A DNA stretch of 64,000 nucleotides from Camelus dromedarius (lineage: Eukaryota), in assembly GCF_036321535.1 (NCBI RefSeq), contig NC_087464.1, positions 8,122,001-8,186,000 of the forward strand, in the 5' to 3' direction. Positions within the stretch are counted from its first letter, which is position 1. Every line of letters starts with the position of its first letter. This document shows, piece after piece, positions 1 through 12,479 of this stretch. Both the position numbers and the translations under genes were made by a program. The notes beneath the pieces were generated by a model. The model did no database searches. It had not been told where the DNA came from and was given only the letters and a program-made list of their open reading frames with translations.

Positions 1-340
1 ATCTAAGACTTGATGGTTATTGGATATACTGTGATTGGACAGTTTGCCAAAGAAATAAGCATTTATTCAACTTTTATTGAATTTTTATTTCATGTCCTTC
101 AATTTTTTTTGAAAAGTTGTGACTTATTTTTCTGTATGACTTATAGTTTGCCTATTTGTTTATTTATTGTTATTGTAAGTATTCCTTTTTGTAATCTAGC
201 TCTTAAGTAGATTATGCTGGTTTATAAAGATACTGTTGATTTCCTATACATTTCTTGAGCCCAGAAACTATATTTATTAAACTATTTTTTTTTCATTATA
301 CTGGTTTATTTGTGGATTCTGTTTGATTTATTATGTAGAT
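1..340 (-). mobile_element. Ancient LINE-1 (L1M-type) ORF2 fragment, antisense; continues after the MER58A
   Basis: T-rich strand with L1 antisense-like phrases such as 'tagattatgctggtttataaagatactgttgatttcctatacatttcttgagcccagaaact'. Confidence 0.6.
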
Positions 341-531
341 CAGGGGTGTGCAGACTTTTTCGGGAAAAGGCCAGATGGCAAATATTTTTGTCTTTGAGGT
401 TTATCACAACTATTTAACTCTGTCATTGTAGGCTGAATGCAGCCATAGCCAATGTATAAAGAGATGGGTGTGGCTGCATTTGGACCACAATAGGTTTGAT
501 TTGCCCCATGGGCCTTATTTTACAGACCCCT
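341..531 (+). mobile_element. MER58A-like hAT-Charlie DNA transposon (MITE) inserted into the old L1
   Basis: Starts 'caggggtgtgcagactttttcgggaaaaggccagatggcaaatatttt', contains 'caactatttaactctgtcattgtagg...gcagccatag...gggtgtggctg' and ends 'acagacccct', matching the MER58A consensus as recalled. Confidence 0.8.
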
Positions 532-539
532 AATACCAA

Positions 540-1900
540 TAGTCATTTAGGGCATTTTTTTTGTTCTTAAAGCCATACCTTAAGCCTCTTGCTTCTTTTT
601 CTTTTCATATTTCATGGGCTCAGATTTCAATACTATAGTGTTATTCAGTGATGCCAATGCATGTAATTTTTGCCTTTTTCCTGAATTTTGGGGGACTCAC
701 TACAAAGTTTCATGTTAAGAATGATGTCATCTTTGAATTAAGAAAGTTTCTTTTGATTCCTACCTTGCCAAAAGCTTTTATACTAAATAATAGTTTATAT
801 TAGAAACTTTTCTGCATTTATTGAGATGATCCTATCATTTTGTCCTTTATTCTTTGTGTTGAGTGATTCAATAATTTTACCAAAGAACTGTCTTTGCCTT
901 ACTAATATAAATCCAACTCATTCATAATGTTATTTTTATATAGTATTGATTTGACTTGATACTATTTTGTTGTTTTGCATTTATGCTTATAAATGATTTG
1001 GGTTTTAAATTTTTTTTTTACACTTTCCTTGGCTGTTCTCAGCATAGAGTTATATCAGTATCAAAAAATGAGTTGTAGAAACTTTCCTATTTCATTTTTT
1101 TCTAAAAAGTTTGTAAAAAAAAAGAGAGAGGTTTTTTGGGGGGCTTTGTGAGTTAAACATTCATCTCATGAAAATGGGGAGAGAGAGTTTTTAGACTGCT
1201 GATTCAAATTATTTAATGTTTTCTGGCTTAGTCAAAACATTTTTGACTAATTTTTTGAGTCATTTTTTGATTTTTTGAGTCATTTTGGTGATTAAAATAT
1301 AATTTAGAAAAGTTTATATTTCATCTATGTTTTCAAATGTATTGGCACAAAATTATTTATAGTAATAACTTACTTATAATTATGTATATTATCTATAACA
1401 TTTCTTTTCCATTACTAATTTTGCTAATTCGTGGCTTCTCTGTTTTTTCTTCATCAGTCTTGCTAGAAGTTTATAAATAGTACTCATCTTTTCAAGGAAT
1501 TAGATTTTGGTTTTGTTGTTTGCTTATAAATGTGTATATTTAACATATGAATTTTTACTCTTATGCTTATTCCCTTCCCACCACTTTATTTAGACTTGTT
1601 TTCTTGGCCCTTTTTATATCTGCTGTAGTTGAATATTTCATTCATTTATTTTTGATCTTTTAAAGTGCTTATTAATGCCGCAAAATTTTCTTGAAGTACT
1701 CACTTAGCTGTAACCTACAAATTCGGACATTTGCTGTCACTTCAGTATTAGTATTTTATAATATCTTATAATTTAGGAATGTGTTTTTTAGTCTCCAGGG
1801 TGTGGTGGTATTTTGGGAATTTTATCGTAAATTTTAAGTTTTATCGTATATGATTAAAAATATCTTCATTATATCAGATTTCTGTTGAGACATTCTGCAT
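540..1900 (-). mobile_element. Ancient LINE-1 (L1MC/L1ME-type) ORF2 region, antisense, highly decayed
   Basis: Continuous T-rich L1 antisense-like text, e.g. 'aagaaagtttctttttgattcctaccttgcc', 'aaatccaactcattcataatg', 'ttcatctatgttttcaaatgtattggcac', 'cttttcaaggaattagattttgg'. Confidence 0.7.
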
Positions 1901-2712
1901 AGCCTTGTAAAATAAATGCATCTGTCCTATGTTTCACATATTCCTTGGCATGCTGGGGTGGTGTGGCATAAAGGACCAGGGAATTCACGTACGGGAGGTT
2001 CAGAGATGCCGGCGGGTGAATGTCTTCTTACCAAGGAAGCAAACCTGTGTTGTTCCTCAGTAATCTTAAGCTTTCTCATTTGTCAACCTATCAAAGTTTA
2101 TGATGCAGATTTTTGTACTATAGCGTCTTGCATTTTTACATTCTATACCTTGGCATCAGGTACGTATTTTACTTAAGGACAATTTACAAATCAAAACAGA
2201 GGCTTGCAATAAACTCCTTTTACAGTTGTGATTTTGAGAACCCTCAAATTCCCTTAGGCTTGATTGATAAAACATGGCATTTATCCTATTCCTATGATGA
2301 TGTTCAGCAAACTTTATGACAGAGGGAAACAGCTGGTAAAGTGGGTTCATTGAAAGGTGAAGGTAATACAGCCATAAAAAACAAGAGGATAATGATTTTA
2401 AAAGGGATAATAGTTGTAACAACACCATTAACCTTTTGCTTCAAATTATTGAGTGTGTGGTCTTTTTCAGAGGTCTAATCAAAGGTTTTCAGTAACTGCA
2501 ATGTGAGAAAAAGAAGCAACAATATAGAAATTGCCCTAATTTTTTCCCTTCAAATTATTCTTTTCCCTAGTCCATTAAGAAATCAAGACTATTGCTGAGT
2601 TTGGACTTTTTTTTGAGAGTTTATACAATTTGCTTCATAATGGAGAGAAAGTTAAGGAACATATATATCTATCCATAGTGTAGACCAGGATTCAAATCTC
2701 TCATTGTAAGAA

Positions 2713-3227
2713 TGTTGTCGAGTCCAAACTTATTCTGCTCACCACACGACAGGCTAATAAATTGGGAGATGAGGTGTCGAGACAAGAAATAACGACTTTA
2801 TTCAGAAAGCCATCAAACCGAGAAGATGGCAGACTAATGTCCTGCAGAACCATCTTCCCTCAAGTCAGAATTCAGGCTCCCTTTATACTAAGAAGGTGAG
2901 GGGATGTGATTAGTTGCAAACTTCTTGGTGTCAGAATCCTTTGTTCTTGCCCCTGTCCATGTTGATTACGTCATAATGTTCCCATAAACCTCCAACAAAA
3001 TAAATGTTATTTTCTGTCCTGCAACTTGTCTTTATATGAATGGAAAAGTGTTATACCCTTAAAAGCCAGAACCTTGAGATTGGGCTCTCCTGTCTATTTC
3101 AGGCTATAGGCAACATTCTTTTACAAAAGGTGCAGAACCAGCATGACTAAGCCCAGGAAACAGAGCACAGGGTTAGCGCTAAAGGAACAGATCTAATGTG
3201 GAGTCAGATTTGTTCTTGCCTAGTACA
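2713..3227 (-). mobile_element. Solo ERV1-class LTR (515 bp) with intact termini and 4-bp TSD
   Basis: Begins TG (2713) and ends CA (3227), flanked by AGAA at 2709-2712 and 3228-3231. Minus-strand AATAAA (tttatt 2797-2802) and a TATA-like TATAAA near 2882-2887. A 4-bp TSD is typical of ERV1/gammaretrovirus-like integration. Confidence 0.85.
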
Positions 3228-3589
3228 AGAAAAGATAGCAATGCTGAGGGGTAAGGCATTTTTAAAAAATAAAGCTTGAACATAGCACAGTGTTTTCCAT
3301 TTCAAGCTTATAAATCCATTTGGGAGTTTGTATGCCATTTGGGCAATGGTTCAATTTAGTGGAAATTGGAATCAGTCTCCTTTTTTGACTTTGTGATTTT
3401 AAAGCTGATGGAGGCTGCACGCATGCAGGAAAAGAGAAATTAATTGGAGAATGAATGGGATCAATGAAAATCAGGTAATGTAAATATTAATGGGGCTAAT
3501 TTAGATGAAAAGCTACGGTAACAGAATTTTCGTCGAGAGGAAGGAGAATTACCGGGATTGGGGCCTCTTAAGCTGGCGTCCAGGGTCAC

Positions 3590-3760
3590 GCTCATGTCCT
3601 TAGACCCGAGAGGTTTTGTAAACCTCTTAATATATTATGCACGATTCTGTAAGAAGGTACTTGTATTGATTGTTTTCGGAGGCTGTTCATAGTGTTCAGC
3701 AACTTCTCAAAGGTTCAGTGTGGTCTGTGACCCCCATCAAGTTTAAGAACAAGTGATCTA
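3590..3760. mobile_element. Decayed hAT-Charlie (MER5-group-like) DNA transposon fragment
   Basis: Ends 'ttctcaaaggttcagtgtggtctgtgacccccatcaagtttaagaac', resembling Charlie-family ends. Confidence 0.35.
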
Positions 3761-4469
3761 GATTGTTCTTTCCATATTTACCTTGCTACTTGAAAACGGC
3801 TCCATTTTTCTGCTTACGTTTCTGTAGCCAGAGATTTGAGATATGATGCTTCTTAATACCCTTCTCTCCCCTCAAAAGCTAATAAAAGTCTTCTTTGGCC
3901 ACCTTCCCAGAGACTTGAATTCACATGGAATTTACTTTTCAAACCAGCCTTTGGGGTACATGGTCCATCTAGTAAGAGAGCACTTGTAAGTTCAAGAAGT
4001 TGCAAGAAGATGAGATACTCAGGAGGTCTGGTCCATCTTGGAAAATCTGTGCAAGGCTCCTATACACACATGAACTCCTCTACTTTGTGTATGAAATAAG
4101 TTGGCTTATTGTTAAAGTCTTTGCTAATTTCTTTCAAAAAAAATTAAATGCAAAGACTGCATTTAAACTTCTATTTGTGACTCCTATACCACCCTTATGT
4201 CTATCTCTTTTTTTATAATTGCACTTTTGTGAACTGAGTTTAGGCTAGAAGTTTTTCAACTGTAGAATATTACTGTTTCAACTTTAGAATGTTTGGGGGC
4301 TTCCTTGAAAGTCTGGGGAAAGGTCCAGAGCCTTTCCTCAGAGACACGTTTATTCCCACTTTTGGGGCATGTAATTCGAGGGTGTTTATAAATCCTTCAC
4401 CAAGCGTGGGTCCCAGAGGAAGGACTCTCAGTTTAGACTCTGCTCGTGTTTTACCTGCTTGCACTACCT

Positions 4470-5120
4470 CTGCCTTTGGAAGCTCCAGCCCAGCTTCCAC
4501 AGTGGTCTTTCTCAAAGGCCAATGTGATGATTTTGCACACCTGCTAGAAAACCTTCCAGTGGCTTCCCAGTGCTTACAGGCTAACGTCCATGAAGCCCAT
4601 CCTCAGTCCAGGTGCCTGCATGCGGCCCATGGCCATCTGGTCTTCTTGTCTACCTCCGCTGTTGGTCCCCCACCTTACTCTGTACACTCCAGTCACATGC
4701 ACGCCCTGTCTCTTGTACCTCTATTATGCACACTCCCTGTCCGGCTTTTTCTGAACCTGCCATGCTGTTCTGGTGCCGGTCCTGGCATCTGCTCCTCCCT
4801 GCTTGGCCAGCTACCCCTTGCATGTACTTGGTGATCACCCATCCACCCTTTGTGTCCCATCCATCTCTTCTTGTGTGAAGCCATTCTCACACCCTCCCTG
4901 CCCACTCACACCTCGTACGGTGGCTGCTGGCTCCTTTGTACCACCGTGAGTCCTTGTTCTGGCCTCTACAAGCACAGTAGAGTCCTTTATTTGCTTACAT
5001 GTTTGTAAGCTTACTATAGTCGGAAACTATTTTTTTTTTTATTCATACCTGCAGCCTAGTTCCTAGTAAGCTTCCTTTTAATCAAATCTTTGTTTGCATT
5101 TTAGGTTTGTTGAATGAATG
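4470..5120 (+). mobile_element. LINE-2 (L2) 3' region remnant
   Basis: 'aaaaccttccagtggcttcccagtgcttacagg', pyrimidine-rich body and terminal 'tttgttgaatgaatg', the typical L2 3' end. Confidence 0.6.
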
Positions 5121-5369
5121 TTTCATTTGGCTTGGGTACCAGGGAAATTCGTTAGCAGGAAAGGCTCAAAAACTTGAAGAAAGAATCATCAGTAGATGCT
5201 ATATCATCCCTTTGTCTTTTCCCTGTTTTTTTTTTTTTTTTTTTAGCACATTGCACCATAATATTTTAAAGATCCATGAAAGTCTATCAAGAAAAATTTT
5301 CTTTTTTGGGGGGGAATAATAGTATTGTGCAGGGGAATAAAAAAACATTTTTTAATGGTGAAAGAATGA

Positions 5370-5530
5370 AATTCAAATTCTGGATCTGCCATTTATTATT
5401 AGATGACTTTACTGGGAGCCCATGGTTCCACTTAAAACTTAACCTCTTCATCTCTAAATTAGGGAACATAGAAATATTTCTTACCTCACTGTTGGGATGA
5501 AATAGTACGTTCATGGTGTACGCGTATATT
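5370..5530 (+). mobile_element. MIR SINE remnant
   Basis: 'ttctggatctgccatttatt...ttaacctcttcatctctaaattaggg...ttacctcactgttgggatgaaatag' resembles the MIR core. Confidence 0.55.
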
Positions 5531-7139
5531 GTTTTGGGTGATGTGCCGTGGAAGTGTTAGTGTCATTAGTTATTATCATGCTGCTGGACTTGCAGAACCA
5601 TTACCTTAATTTGAAAGTAAAATCCGAATGAGGGTGCTAGAACAGGAATGTAAGAGAAGGCATCTTTGTCCCCATTCTCTCTTCCTGTGGGTACCCGTAC
5701 ATTACAGGCATCACCAGTGGGGAGCGGAGCTCTTTGTCACTGAGGCAACCCTTTGTTTCCTCCTCAAGCAGTCATTAATCAGGGTTAATGATGAATCAGG
5801 CAGTCATCAGTCATCAATCAGGTTAAACTCTCCATCGGCGTTGCCTCAAAATAAAACCCATGCACTGTTAATGCTAGAGTCTGTGACCGATGCAAGAAGC
5901 AAGGAGCAAGGATCTTGTCAACGATTCGGAGCCCACAGACAAATGCACGTTTCCCCATCCACAGCAACTACTCTGTTCCATTGTCCTTTCATAATGGTTG
6001 GATTTTGCCTGGGCACATGGTTCTTCAGAATAAAAACGAAATGTTCTGGTCTGTTCTTTGCAGCTGCTCGTGGCTATGGACAGTAAGTTTTGGTCCGTGG
6101 GATGGAAGCTGCAGTGTTGTGTGGCAGTTTCTGGGAACTGTTTCTTGGAGGCAGTCGGTGCCAGCTCTTCGTTCTTCTTTCCCTTGTCTCTTCATGCATT
6201 CTGCTGCCTGGAACTTGGACTTGCCTGGAGGAGGGATGACAAAGCAGTGAGCTGGAGGAGATCATGTCCTTGCGGACGTTACTGAGCAGGGCCTCTGTAC
6301 CAGCCCCAGACTAAACTTCCATTTTGTTTAAGACGTTGTTAAGTGGTCATTGCAATCTGCTGAAAGTCTGCTGTCCACAGTGGTGGTTTGTTTATTTAAC
6401 CCTGTCATTAGGAGTTCTGAGCACAGTAGGAGGAGTTTCAGGTGAAACACAATCCCTGCAGTGCAGGAAAGCCAAAGTTTTGTACACGTTCCCACGTTGG
6501 GAAAACACGTAATGCTGATATCCACTAGGGCAGTTGCCAGAAATGGCAGCAAGAATGTGACAATATGGTAGACATAGCTATGGATTGGGACACTGGGGTG
6601 CTGAATTTGGGTTTGGGCCTTATGTAAGTGGTCTGCAGTTGCTCTAGCTACGTGGAATCTCAATTTTCTGTTGAAGGTGACCCAAATTTGAGGGGAAGTG
6701 GTAAGAGGGCCACATTGATGGGGGGGGAGGTGGAGAGCTGTGAAGAGGAAGGAAGGCCAGGAGACTTTCCAAATCCAAGATAACTCTCCCTCAAACTGGG
6801 GACTGACCTGTTGGTTGGCCGAGGCCCGGTAAGGGGATTTGCTAACAAGGGACAGTAAGTAAATGACAGATGTTTTACTGTGACAGTCCCATTCAAACTC
6901 GTAGTCAGTACACCCTCATAAATTTTCAAAAGTGAATAGTTCTCTACATTTGGTATGCGCTGCTCACTTTAAATTTCTACCACAAAGCCCCACGTTCACT
7001 TTTGTGTTTTTATATATTCCATTTATATTTGAAAGCTATATTTATACTGACTACAGTAAAAAAAAAAAAAAGGCTACAATAAAGTCATCCAACATCAAGA
7101 ACAGCTTTTTATCGGCTTTGTCAGAACATCGTTTAAAAA

Positions 7140-7279
7140 NNNNNNNNNNNNNNNNNNNNNNNNNNNNNNNNNNNNNNNNNNNNNNNNNNNNNNNNNNNNN
7201 NNNNNNNNNNNNNNNNNNNNNNNNNNNNNNNNNNNNNNNNNNNNNNNNNNNNNNNNNNNNNNNNNNNNNNNNNNNNNNN
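7140..7279. other. Assembly gap (140 N)
   Basis: Run of N. Confidence 1.
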
Positions 7280-9049
7280 CTTTTTCTAAAGACGTAGCTT
7301 CCTGGTTTTACATTCTCAAGCCCATGTGCACAGCTGTTCCATCTCCCCGCGCCACTGTCTGAGGGGGTGTAGCCCTTACGTTCTGCCTCACACATGCACT
7401 CCTGAAATGTGGATGAATGTTGCCCAGGACATGTGATGAGATCTACACTGGCCACGATTTTGTTCTCAAGGCATGATTTTTCTCACACTGGAAATGCACA
7501 AATAAGCATGCTATCCTATTGACCTGAGACCATTAACATCAGACCATGCAAGGGCCCTGTGGTCTGGGTGTCATGGTTAAGTCAGATGAGCCCCAAAGAA
7601 CAGTATTTTTTGTACCCAGGGCTACATAGAAGGCAAGTGGCTTGCATATTACACAGCTGAAATGTATTAATCCACATGTGGGTTAAGAATTACCTCCTGA
7701 CTGTGTTTTTAAGAGCATCAAAATGGTAACCTAGTATCTCCAGTTTTTGCCCTGCACTGCAATTTATCATTCATAAAAAGTGTAAGCTTTGTAGTGTTTG
7801 ACGTTTCCACGTCACATGGGATTGGGAGTGAACTTTTGAACTTCCGATTTGATCAGTTGGTATACAAGTTGGCATGATTCAAAGTTGTGTATGTGGTAAA
7901 CCATCAAAGGGAGAGAGAACCCATTTGACAACCATGTGAGACACTTTGTGCAGGGGGAGATAATGCCACTGTCAAGCAGGAATCCTAGAAATTAGGTCAT
8001 AACAGGCAGGGGAAGTGGGCCCTAATGAACCCGGATTCATGTCTGTGCTGAAATTATGTGCCGGATAATGTCCTCAGAAAAGCTGCCACGTTTCAGTCTG
8101 GAAAGAAGCCCATTGCTGATACAACAAATCAATTGATAAGAAGTGTCTTTATCGCACTCAGTAAAAAACCAGCACAACCCCAAATAAACATACACGGCTC
8201 ATAAAACAAATTGCTTACCTAAAATGAATTACACTCTAAGTTTTTTTTTTAAGTAAATTGCACCACAGAATATTCAGTGATGTTTCCATCCACTAAAGAG
8301 TAAGATTATAAACAGCACTAAAAGTAAATGTTTCCACGTTTCTTTTTAGTTTAGTTTTTTTTTTCCCCATCTACAGGATTACCAAGAGCAAAATGTAAAA
8401 GAAAAAAAAAAGTGGTAGAAATTGCCTGTTTTGTGAAATATAGGAAAAAAATATACCATCTGTGATTGAGCACAGTTCTCCACCGCCCATCTGTGATGTA
8501 AACGCCATTCTTCACCAAGGCTGTATCCTGTGTAGTTCAATATGATTTTTTTAAAAGTTTTTCTGAAAAGACTACTTCTGTAAGATGCTATTATTCTTGG
8601 CATGGAGTTTCTCTTGAATGAAATAGTAAATACAGCCTTTACAACTGTGTTAAGAATGTGTTGTTGCTGTTGGGTGCCGGGGCTGATGATTCTGAAGAGC
8701 GACAAGCCAGAGGCTCGTCCTACCACCCCGTCCCCAGCACACCTCACTATAGAAAATGTATTTGGATCCTTGTGTGATGGGATTTTGTTTCTTGATGCAT
8801 TGATTAAGCACATTTTTATTCCTGAGTATCTTGTTAGAGGGATTTCCATGTAAAAAGGAATCCCCCGAAGTATCAGATGGCACTATAAGGCTGCTTGAGT
8901 CAATGGAGTTCAATGCAGTATCGATGAGAAAACACAATGGTGTGTCTCGCAGGGACCACTGGTCTTTTCTCAGGATGCTGCTACCATTTACTCACTTCCT
9001 TTGGTGAGCTCATTCAATATGAAGCCACATGTGGGCAGCTCCGCCAGCC

Positions 9050-9260
9050 ACTATCCAATAATATAAACGTGTCAGCATTATGGACACTTCGACTGGATAC
9101 TTCTTTGCGGTGGGGGCTGTCCTGTGGGCTGTAGGGTTTTGAGCAGTGTCCCTGGCTTCTATCCACCAGTAGCACCCCACTCCCCTAACTGTGACAACCA
9201 CAAAGTTTTCCAGAAATTGCTAAATGTTCTCCAAGGGGGGGAAAATCACTTTTAAATGAG
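9050..9260 (+). mobile_element. MER20 hAT-Charlie DNA transposon
   Basis: 'tctttgcggtgggggctgtcctgtgggctgtagggttttgagcagtgtccctggcttctatccaccagtagcacccc...tgtgacaaccacaaagttttccagaaattgctaaatgttctcc' matches the MER20 consensus as recalled. Confidence 0.8.
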
Positions 9261-9839
9261 AAGGACTCATATGAAAGGAACCAGTAAATTTTCATATTAA
9301 CCATTGTTGACAACGATTACCTTTTCTTTTACTTTCTCCTTGCAAGGTAGTAGCCAATGACTTGTCCCTAGCTCCTTGCAGTAGATGAATATGTGGTGGA
9401 GATCACTACGGAACATGGAAAGAAGAAGTGGGAAATGGTTTAGGAGAATCAACCAGCACAGTCGTCTTTAAGCACAGTTTGGTCCTCCAGCCACCTGGGA
9501 CTGGCGTGAAATTAACTGCTGGCTCAGGCCACCACCCATTCTTCCTGATGGGTCCTTGGTGGGGGAGGTCCAGCCTTTCTTGACCTGGACCCCTAAAGCC
9601 TCTTCATTTTGCAAAACCTGGCTCCAGTGACTTCTCCATCTTTTCTGTAATGGTTTCCTGGGTCCCTCTGGTAAGACACAATTTCTCTTTCTGCTTCTGT
9701 GTTGTAGGACTTTTGCTTATTTCAGTTTAGTACTTTTCATATTCTGCTTTATATTTTAGTTAATTGGGAAGACACCTGCCTCCCACCCATACACTCTTTG
9801 ATGCTAGACCTTCATCATTGTGGCCCATGTCTTCTAGTC

Positions 9840-10230
9840 TGGGGATTGCCTTTGGCTGTGAGTAATAGAAATCTGGCTTTGAGTAACTTAAATAGGGGAC
9901 TTTTGCCCCTTATGTCATAAGAAGCCTGAAATAGGCAGCTAAAGTCATTGCTTCAGCATCTCAATAGCAACAAAGTTGAATCTCCCAAGTTCACTTGGCA
10001 TTTTCATCTTGGCTGCAAGATGGCTGTGTGCTTGTATTTTTTTCTTTCCCAAATATGCATGTTGGGTATTTGACTCTGCAGCCATGGGGTTAAACAGAAC
10101 ACACTCATTTTATTTTCTTCCCCAGTGAGTGTGAGGATGTGGACAGGAATGGCTCGATTGCTTTCTCTTCTTTCTTTCTCTAAGTCAAACTCTTTATCCA
10201 GAAGAGGATCCTTTTGCCATTGCATTGAAC
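9840..10230 (-). mobile_element. Old MaLR LTR (MLT1K/L-like), antisense
   Basis: 'gattgcctttggctgtgagtaatagaaatctggctttgagtaacttaaat...tcataagaagcctgaaataggcagc...gctgcaagatggctg' is typical of the old MLT1 antisense start. Confidence 0.55.
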
Positions 10231-11039
10231 AAAATGACACGTGCTGCTCTGATCTTTAACAGGGAGACCCTCAGCCTCTGACTCTGAGCTTCACTGACGC
10301 GAGTTAACTGCGGGAACATTCTTTCCCACAGAGAGCTCTGGAGAGCCACATTTTTCCCTTCCTCAAAGGTTCCTGTGCCTCCATCTGGTCTTGGGTGCCA
10401 TTAATAATGTGATGCTTATTGTGGTCCTTATGAAAACCCAGGAAAGAAATGTGGAAGACAGCAAGAGATTATTTCCCTTGTCGTATCCAAATAACAGACT
10501 TGTACTTAATTGATTCGTGGCATCTTTTCTCATGAACCAGTAAATTTACTAGAAAAGAGACAAGATAGTAAGTTATGGGGATCTTTGCAAAGCTTTGTCC
10601 TTGGTGGTAATCTTGGCGGTCCGAGCATAGGCTGACCACACCTGGGACTCTCGCTCCTTCTAGTCCAATCGCCTGTCATTGGCAGCTGCCCCGAGAAACA
10701 CAATTGTTCAAAGTATTTCCATTAAATGCAATTTGTCCCTAATCATCCCAACTGACCATTGATGCTGCGACTTCTATGCATTTGGTTAAACTACATATTT
10801 ATATTTGTACTTTGTACAACCTCCTAAGGAAAATGATCATTGTTGTGTGTTGTGTGTATGTGTGTTGGCTTTATTATTCACTTTGATGGGTCCTGATATT
10901 CACTTGCATGTTGTGCTTCAAGGGATGAAAATGCAGAATTCTTGGGTTTAGAAAGCAAGCTCATGTTCCTCTTATCCTTACTCTTGCTGGTTTGCAAATT
11001 ATTTCGTATTATGAAAGCAATATAGCATCCTCAAAAATA

Positions 11040-11720
11040 CACAAAATAGGGAAAAATCATCAAGAACTCTTCAGGAACGTGAACAGGTGTGCAGAAGGCT
11101 GTGTGTTGTAGTGTTGATGGCAAGAGTAGACATTTGGGAAGAAACTACACGTTCATCAATAAGGAAAAAGCTGCATAAACGTTGCCACAAACCTATTAGG
11201 GAACGTGTTGATCAATTGCTTATTAACATGTTAACATCTTAGCATATTAATGTATGAACATTAACATATTAATTAACTATTAGCAAGTAAGGTAGTTATT
11301 TGTGTCTGATGTAGATATTGATACAGAAAATTTTTCCAAGACCTATTTTGAATTGCAAAAAGGCACTTGCAGAACAATACACAAAGTGTGATAACACGTC
11401 TATTGTTAAAAACACCGAACAATTATACATTTCTATAAGGATTCATGTACCTGTGCTAATGCACAAGGGGAGGTCTGGAAAGATGCCCACGGCTCTGAAA
11501 AAAGGGAGGATTACGACAAGAATATTTTCATTTCAAACTAGTACATTTGAAAGTAAATATAAAAGAATTGTTCAAAATGAAGGGGGAAAAAGTCCTGAAT
11601 CTTCTTACTCCAAAAGTACTGTTAGAATTTTTGTGATTTTCCTTCTAATCTGTTTTCATTTGTGTACATCTTGTATAGTTCTGCAGAGAGTGAACACACC
11701 ATTTGAAAATATAATATTCT
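11040..11720 (+). mobile_element. Ancient L1ME 3' end (ORF2 end and 3' UTR)
   Basis: 'gtgttgtagtgttgatggcaagag...aaactacacgttcatcaataagg', 'gggaggtctggaaagatgcccac...atttttgtgattttccttc'. The 140-aa ORF at 11318-11740 lies in this decayed repeat. Confidence 0.55.
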
Positions 11721-11954
11721 TTCAATGTAGAAAAGGCTGAAAACGAAAACCAAAGTGTCCCAAAATCCACCATTTGCACAAGTTTTTCGTAACTCTGCAG
11801 ATGTTCCGGGAATGCCAGCAGTTTAGAGAGTGAGAGCCTTCCCTTTGCCTCAGAGTCTACTCCCCCCACCACTGTCTTCCCCCCAGTTTCCAAGGGACAA
11901 TTGCTGGTGATGCCTTCTTTTAGGGAAAAAAATATATACCAGCCTGTATAACAT

Positions 11955-12215
11955 AATCATCGTAGCTAACACCTAGTGAGCATTTATCGTGTGACTATTA
12001 GACGCTGTTCCAAAGCACTTTGGATGAATTAACCCATTTAATCCCCATAGGTCTACGAGTTGGGTTCTATTGCTGTTACCATTTTACAGATTAGGAAACT
12101 GAGGCACAGAGAAGCTAAGGAAACTGCCGACAATCTCATGATAGAAAGTGGTGGAGCCAGGATCCAAATCCAGGGAATTTGTCTCCGGAGTCTCAGTATT
12201 AACTAGCACGTGGCA
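11955..12215 (-). mobile_element. MIR SINE, near full length, antisense
   Basis: 'gtagctaacacctagtgagcattt...ccattttacagattaggaaactgaggcacagagaagctaagg...ggagccaggatccaaatccagg'. Confidence 0.85.
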
Positions 12216-12479
12216 CTGCCTCCGTGTTAACAGACCCTTAGCATCATAAACAGATAAAACTATGTGTCTACATGAATCGATTGCTTTAACACGAAGGAGG
12301 TCTCCCCATATCTGCTATTATGCACCTTGCTTTTCCCCCTTTTAAAAAAAGTTATTTTAATATCAGCTCAATATTGAAAGCAACTTTATTCTTTGAACAC
12401 ATTGCTGTTTTCCATTCTAGGGAGGCAACTCGATTCCTGAATGCTGTAGTCACTTTTTCTCTTTTTTTTTTTTTTTGTC

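Noticed and set aside
6932-7455. ORFs spanning N runs (also 27509-27739 and 30870-31245)
   Set aside because: They are artefacts of translating assembly gaps as X.
7433-7526. C/D-box snoRNA candidate (GTGATGA ... CTGA, about 94 nt)
   Set aside because: There is no terminal stem and no rRNA/snRNA guide I can recognise; such box pairs are common by chance.
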